This document shows positions 58,800-64,000 of a DNA stretch of 64,000 nucleotides, one piece after another (positions within the stretch are counted from its first letter, which is position 1; each line of letters opens with the position of its first letter). Location of the stretch: the NCBI GenBank assembly GCA_963833985.1, contig CAWIAD010000002.1, positions 4,896,001 through 4,960,000 of the forward strand. Direction: 5' to 3'. This stretch comes from an uncultured Planctomycetaceae bacterium. Lineage in GTDB: Bacteria; Planctomycetota; Planctomycetia; Isosphaerales; Isosphaeraceae. The translations under genes were made by a program, and so were the position numbers. The notes below the pieces were generated by a model. It was given only the letters and a program-made list of their open reading frames with translations, ran no database searches and had not been told where the DNA came from.

Positions 58800-59119
58800 T
58801 CGACCTGGCGGTTCATTCCGAGGGTACGGTGCTGGCGGTGCACGCGCAGCCGGGTGCCCGGCGGAACGCCGTTCTGGGGCTCCGCGCGGGAGCCCTCCGG
58901 GTTGCCGTCACCGCGGCGCCGGAGAAGGGAAAGGCCAACGCCGCCATCGCCGCCGTACTGGCCGATACTCTCGGCTGCCGCTCGTCGCAGATCGCGCTGC
59001 TTTCCGGCGAAACCTCGCGTCAGAAGCGGTTCCTGGTCGCCGGCGTGGCCCCCGATGAGCTGCGTCGCCGTCTGGATGCCCTGCTGGAAGCCGGTGGGGC
59101 GAGCTTACCTCTGTCATGA
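58796..59119 (+). CDS. DUF167 (YggU) family protein
   Basis: VHAQPGARR, VTAAPEKGKAN, GETSRQK; overlaps the yggS stop. Confidence 0.88.
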   Translation: MIDLAVHSEGTVLAVHAQPGARRNAVLGLRAGALRVAVTAAPEKGKANAAIAAVLADTLGCRSSQIALLSGETSRQKRFLVAGVAPDELRRRLDALLEAGGASLPLS

Positions 59120-60452
59120 AGGCCACGGATCCCGCCATGCCCACGTACCCCGAGGAGATCCTCATCGAGCCCTGGAGCGGACCGCCGCCAACGGCCACGG
59201 TCCAAGTGCCCGGCTCCAAGAGCCTCACCAACCGGGCCCTGGTTCTCGGGACCCTGGCGGAAGGCCCCAGCACCTTGACCGGGGCTCTCGACAGCGAGGA
59301 CACGCGCGTGCTCATCGACGCGCTGCAAGCGCTGGGGATCGCCGTCGCGCACGATACGGGCGCCGCCCGGATCCGCATCGAGGGCTGCGGTGGTCGCATC
59401 CCCCATGCCCAGGCGCGCCTGCACGTGGCGAACTCGGGGACAAGCCTCCGTTTCCTCACGGCCATGCTGGCCACCGCGACGGGAAACTACCACCTGGACG
59501 GAACTCCGCGGATGCGCCAGCGGCCCGTGGCCGACCTCATCTCGGCGCTCCACACCCTGGGCGTCAAGGTGCGGAGCGACCTGGGCACAGGCTGTCCGCC
59601 GGTCACCCTGGAAGGCGCGGCCTCGACGGCGGGTTCTGCACCGTGCGCGGCGACGTCTCCAGCCAGTTCCTGAGCGGTCTTTTGATGGCCAGCCCCTACG
59701 CCCGCGACGCCGTCACCATCGAGGTGCAGGGCACGCTCGTCTCCAGGCCCTATGTCGCGATGACCCTGGCGGTGATGGAAGCCTTCGGCGTGACCATCAG
59801 CAACCGCAAGTTCCGCCGCTTCGACATTTATCCCGCCCGCTACCGAGGCCGCGCGTACTTCATCGAGCCCGACGCCTCGGCCGCCAGCTACTTCTTCGCC
59901 GCGGCCGCGCTCACGGGCGGCAGCGTGAGCATCCCTGGCCTTGGAACGGCCAGTCTCCAGGGCGATCTCGCGTTCGTGGATATCCTCGAGCACATGGGCT
60001 GCACGGTGGATCGCCGGGCCGACCGCACCACGGTCACCGGCGGACCGCTCCGCGCGGTGGACGTGGACATGAACGCCATCAGCGATACGGTCATGACCGC
60101 GGCCGTCGTCGCGCTCTTCGCGGACGGGATCACCCGCATCCGCAACATCGGCCACATCCGCCACAAGGAGACCGACCGGATCGCCGCGCTGGCCACGGAA
60201 CTGCGCAAGCTCGGTGCCCGCGTGGACGAGCGGGACGACGGCCTGGTGATCGAGCCACCCGGCCCGGACCAGGGCCAGCGCCCGGGCATGGGCCCACCCG
60301 CCCGCATCGCCACCTACGACGACCACCGCATGGCCATGGCCTTCGCGCTGGCGGGGCTCAAGCTCCCGGGTGTGACGGTGCTCGACCCGGGCTGCGTGGC
60401 CAAGACCTATCCCGGCTACTGGGACGACCTCGAATCCTTGCGGTTACAGTAA
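59116..60452 (+). CDS. aroA: 3-phosphoshikimate 1-carboxyvinyltransferase (frameshift near 59616)
   Basis: PGSKSLTNR, NSGTSLRF, SSQFLS, RHKETDR, DHRMAM, KTYP. Confidence 0.93.
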
Positions 60453-60489
60453 CAGGGAGCCGCGCAATCCCTGGATGGAAAGCAGAGTG

Positions 60490-60637
60490 CTAGAGCGGTT
60501 TTCTGACGCGTTGCGGGCAGCTTCTGAGTTTTGGAAAGGGGGGCAGACATTCCTGTCTGCCAGGACAGGTTTGCTCCGGCAGGCAGGAATGCCTGCCCCC
60601 CGGTCTCAGTCTGCGATCCGAGTGAAAACCGCTCTAG
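60490..60637. mobile_element. 148-bp MITE-like element, copy 1
   Basis: Perfect 14-bp terminal inverted repeats CTAGAGCGGTTTTC/GAAAACCGCTCTAG; internal inverted palindromes ggggcagacattcctgtctgcc and ggcaggcaggaatgcctgcccc. Confidence 0.8.
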
Positions 60638-62017
60638 TAGCGCTGCTTGAACCGGGTCTCGCCGTCGCCCAGGCCACCCTTGAGCGGGACCTTGCGCTCG
60701 GGCGCGGGGGTGGCGGCGTCGCATCGTCCTCGTCGTCCTCCTCGGCAACAGCCGCCTCCTTCCCCTTGGCGGGAAGCAGCGAAAGGGCGATGCGCTTCAG
60801 GTCCGGCTCGACCTTGAGAATCCGCACCTCGACGTCCTGCCCGGCCTGTACGATGTCGGCGACTCGACGAACGCGGGTGGGAGAAAGTTCGCTGATGTGA
60901 ATGAGCCCCTCGACGCCCGACTCGAGCTCCACGAACGCGCCGAATTCCATGAGCTTGGTGACCTTGCCGGTGATCATCAGCCCGCGTGGGTATTTTACCT
61001 CCACCTTTTCCCAGGGACTGGGGGTGAGCTGTTTCAGGCCCAGAGTCAACTTGCGGGCAATGGCATCGATCTTGATGATCTTCACCTGGATCTTGTCGCC
61101 GGTCTTGACCAGGTCGTCGGCCTTCTGGACGCGCGACCAGCTCATCTCGCCGATCGGCAAGAGGCCGTCGACGCCGCCGAGATCGACGAATGCCCCGAAG
61201 TCCTTGATCGAGCGCACGGTTCCTTCGCGCACCTGACCGACCTCGAGCTCCGCCCAGGTCTTCTCGCGCAGCTCGGCCCGTTCCTGCTCCAGCAGATCCC
61301 GGCGCGAGATGACCAGGTTCTTCTCACGCGGGTTGACCTCGGTGACGATCGCCTTGAACTTCTGGTTCACGTACTCGGCGGCGTCCTCGACGCGCGACAG
61401 GTCGATCTGGCTGATCGGCATGAAGCCGCGGATGCCGTCCACGTCGACTTCCAGGCCGCCCTTGACGACCTTGGTGCCGCGCGCTTCCACGATGACCCCC
61501 TGGCGCAGGTTGTCCCAGCTCGCCTCGATCGCGGCGCCTTTGAGCCGCAGGTGCTGGATTCCCTCGCTGGTGTCGAAGTGATCGACGATGACCTCGATCT
61601 GGGCCCCGGGGGCGGGGACCTCGCCCTCGAACTGGTCAAGCGGCACAACCCCCTCGCTCTTGCCGCCGAGGTCGACGAAGAGGCTCCTGCCGCGGACGCC
61701 GATCACCTTGCCAACGGCCGTTCCCTTGCGCGCTTCCTGCCCGCGTTCCTTTCTTTCGCCATGCGGCTTATCGCCTGCGCCGGCCGGTCGCGGGCCACCT
61801 CGAACGATTTGGGGTCAAAGCCCGCCAGCGCAGCCTCCATCTCGGCCTCGAGCTCGGCGTCCCACTGCCGCTTGAGGGGAACCTCCAGGCTGGGTGCCGC
61901 GGGCGAAGCGTCCGCCATGGCCCGGTCCAGGGCCTCGTCGAGCGCCGCTTCCCGGCGGGAAGCGATCTTGCTGGGATCGGGAGTGGAGTGTGGTCCAGGA
62001 TTCGTCGTTTCGGCCAT
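60634..62017 (-). CDS. Ribosomal protein S1-like protein with four S1 domains (frameshifts near 61710-61800 and 60700)
   Basis: S1 repeats (FVDLGGKSEG, KGGLEVD, DFGAFVDLGG, EFGAFVEL); restored C-terminus ERKVPLKGGLG...RY*. Confidence 0.82.
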
Positions 62018-62283
62018 GGGCGTCTATCCGTCTGCGATCGTCGTCGCCGCGCTCGCGGCGCAAGTCTGTTCCTGCATAACAGCCTAGCGACTCCGGAAAG
62101 CACGGCCAAGGCAGACATGGCCAGAAGACGCTTGCGAAGCCAATGGAAGAATCAGAAGAGATCAACCACAGAGATCACCGAGAACACAGAGAAAGAGAAA
62201 TCAATGCAAAAAACGGTATGTTTTGCGTCCGACTCTTTGTAGTTGATTCTGCGTCCCGCGTTCCAGGATTTGACTATTCTTTG

Positions 62284-62339
62284 TTCTCAGTTCTCAATTC
62301 TCAATTCTCAGTTCTCAGTTCTCAGTTCTCAGTTCTCAG
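62284..62339. repeat. Heptamer tandem repeat (TTCTCAR)x8
   Basis: ttctcag/ttctcaa in eight consecutive units. Confidence 0.92.
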
Positions 62340-62483
62340 GGCGATTTTCTGACGGTTGCAGGCAGCTTCTGAGTTTTGGAACGAAGGGGCAGACATTCCT
62401 GTCTGCCAGGGCGGGCCTGCTTCGGCAGGCAGGAATGCCTGCCCCCCGGTCTCAGTCTGCGATCCAGATGAAAACCGCTCTAG
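62336..62483. mobile_element. 148-bp MITE-like element, copy 2 (left end degenerate)
   Basis: Colinear with 60490-60637 in the same orientation; left end tcagggcgattttc, right end gaaaaccgctctag. Confidence 0.78.
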
Positions 62484-62690
62484 TTCCCCTTTTCTCTGTG
62501 CTCTCTGTGGTTGATTCGTCTTGTCTGCCTTTCGACTGCCGACTGTCTTCTCGCAACCTGCACGGGTACTGGCCTCGTCCTGCCGGTTCGGTTAGGCTGA
62601 GGTGATTGCGACGAATCGCGCCGGCGGCCACGCTGGAGTCAACCATGGCTTCCGGCGGTTGAAATGCTCAACAGCACGGAGAGTCCGCCG

Positions 62691-63401
62691 ATGTCCCCAG
62701 CGCGCCTGACTACCGAGGAGCTCGAGTCGCTCCGGCGCTACAACACGCCGACGATCTCGAACGCCATCGAACTGTTCAACGTCCGTCCTCGGGATACCGG
62801 CTTCCTCCCCCATTTCATCCGCTGCCTGCTGCCGGAGCTGGGGGTGATTGTGGGCTACGCGGTCACTTGCCAGACCACGGCGGCCCCGCCTGCCGCCGGC
62901 GAGACGCCCGCGGACGTGCTGGCCGACTACTTCCGGTACGTTGCCTCCGTACCCGGCCCGAAGATCGCGGTCGGCGAGGATATCGACGACCCGCCGGGCC
63001 TGGGCGCCCAGTTCGGCGAGGTGACGGCGACGATCCACCAGAAGCTGGGCTGCGTCGGTCATATCACGAGCGGTTGCCCGCGCGACCTGGACGAGGTGAG
63101 GGCACTCGGGTTCGCTCTTTTCGGACTCAACCCCTGCGTCAGCCATGCCTACGTGCGGCTCGTCGATTTCGGCAATCCGGTGACGCTGGGCGGCGTGACG
63201 ATCCGGCCCGGGGACCTGCTCCATGCCGATCAGCACGGCGCCTGCATCATCCCTGAGGAAGTCGCACCGAGGCTGGTGGACGCCTGCGCCGAGGTGGAGC
63301 GGGTGGAGCGGCCCTTGCTGGAGATCTGCCGGTCACCCGAGTTCTCTCTGGAAAGTTATATAACCCTGCGCACCCGGACGCAGTCCAGGACCCATGAATG
63401 A
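62691..63401 (+). CDS. RraA / HMG-aldolase family protein
   Basis: TPTISNAIE, GYAVT, FGEV, GCPRD, PGDLLHADQHG. Confidence 0.88.
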   Translation: MSPARLTTEELESLRRYNTPTISNAIELFNVRPRDTGFLPHFIRCLLPELGVIVGYAVTCQTTAAPPAAGETPADVLADYFRYVASVPGPKIAVGEDIDDPPGLGAQFGEVTATIHQKLGCVGHITSGCPRDLDEVRALGFALFGLNPCVSHAYVRLVDFGNPVTLGGVTIRPGDLLHADQHGACIIPEEVAPRLVDACAEVERVERPLLEICRSPEFSLESYITLRTRTQSRTHE

Positions 63402-63455
63402 CGAGCCAGGGCCGATAAGATGAGATGGGAGAGTACAAGGGTGCGGGCCCGCCGC

Positions 63456-63926
63456 TCAGACCACGCGTCGCGCGCCTGGCTGGACAACCGCGACTGGCTC
63501 GAAGCGGCGGTTCCGTCCCACCACCTCGTCGGGCCGGATCTCGTCAAGCCGCTTGCCGGTGGCGAGCCACTGCCGCTTGTGGTACTCGAACACGGCGGTG
63601 GCAAGCCTGCCCGAGGCCAGCGGGTCGAACGGGTTGGCGTCGAAGTGAACGCACACCAGCGCCAGGAAGCGCCGGGTCTGCCGGTCGCGCGCCCAGAGCA
63701 CGTCGTCGTGCCAGCGGGCCTCGTCCCAGCGCGTGCCCTCGGCGGGGTCGACGCGGCAGAGCGCGGTCATGAACCGTGCCTCCAGCCACTCGCGCTGCTG
63801 ATGGAACGACTCGCGGGCCTGGTCCACGTGCAGATCTTCGAAGAAGACGCGGAGCGGGCGGTGCAGCAAGAAGAATGCCGCAACCAGGCAGAGGGGCAAG
63901 ACACCAGCCCAGATCAGCCAACTCAT
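63456..63926 (-). CDS. Hypothetical protein with N-terminal TM anchor
   Basis: MSWLIWAG hydrophobic N-terminus; REWLEARF...ATAVF soluble domain. Confidence 0.7.
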   Translation of the reverse strand: MSWLIWAGVLPLCLVAAFFLLHRPLRVFFEDLHVDQARESFHQQREWLEARFMTALCRVDPAEGTRWDEARWHDDVLWARDRQTRRFLALVCVHFDANPFDPLASGRLATAVFEYHKRQWLATGKRLDEIRPDEVVGRNRRFEPVAVVQPGARRVV

Positions 63927-64000
63927 CTTCGGATCCCCGGCGATGCCCCGGAACGTGCACACGGACGCCTTATTCTAGAGTTGCCGGCTTGAAGTAAGCA

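Larger units (their letters stand above)
62161..62515. repeat. Inverted repeat arms built from ~9-bp ACAGAGA-type units, bracketing other repeats
   Basis: atcaaccacagagatcaccgagaacacagagaaa (62161-62194) versus tttctctgtgctctctgtggttgat (62491-62515). Confidence 0.7.

Noticed and set aside
59116..60452. aroA as shikimate starter supply for the ligase-ER-ACP module
   Set aside because: It lies 26 kb away in a housekeeping yggS-yggU-aroA operon; no evidence of linkage.

Overview
GC-rich bacterial DNA, most likely from a planctomycete (Isosphaeraceae-like). This taxonomy is inferred from gene content (Ser/Thr kinase with FHA-SpoIIE phosphatase, DUF1080, Tat-exported Gfo/Idh/MocA, ThuA, REP-type palindromes) and was not database-checked. 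About 45 CDSs are present, and no rRNA, tRNA or CRISPR array was seen. At least 11 genes, including aroA and yggS, are split by 1-bp indels, which points to long-read sequencing errors rather than mass pseudogenisation. Highlights: (1) a compact four-gene type-VII-like operon at 12572-18053, with two WxD-type WXG100-like proteins, one long helical partner and a ~1357-aa membrane FtsK/EccC-like ATPase in which only the middle ATPase domain is intact; (2) an accessory island at ~24.7-33.1 kb with a TIMP-like/BNR-CarboxypepD gene trio abutting a decaying type I PKS, whose loading module is acyl-AMP ligase-ER-ACP (rapamycin/FK506-type order), broken by an exact 8-bp duplication and truncated inside the AT domain; (3) two copies of a 148-bp CTAG-bounded MITE flanking a four-domain S1 gene, one nested among other repeats; (4) a CobB/CbiA homologue lacking its catalytic motifs; (5) a divergent pair of sigma-54-like promoters between stress-type genes. 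The rest is metabolic, signalling and housekeeping (metH, aroA, dacB, mscS, sixA, GH2).
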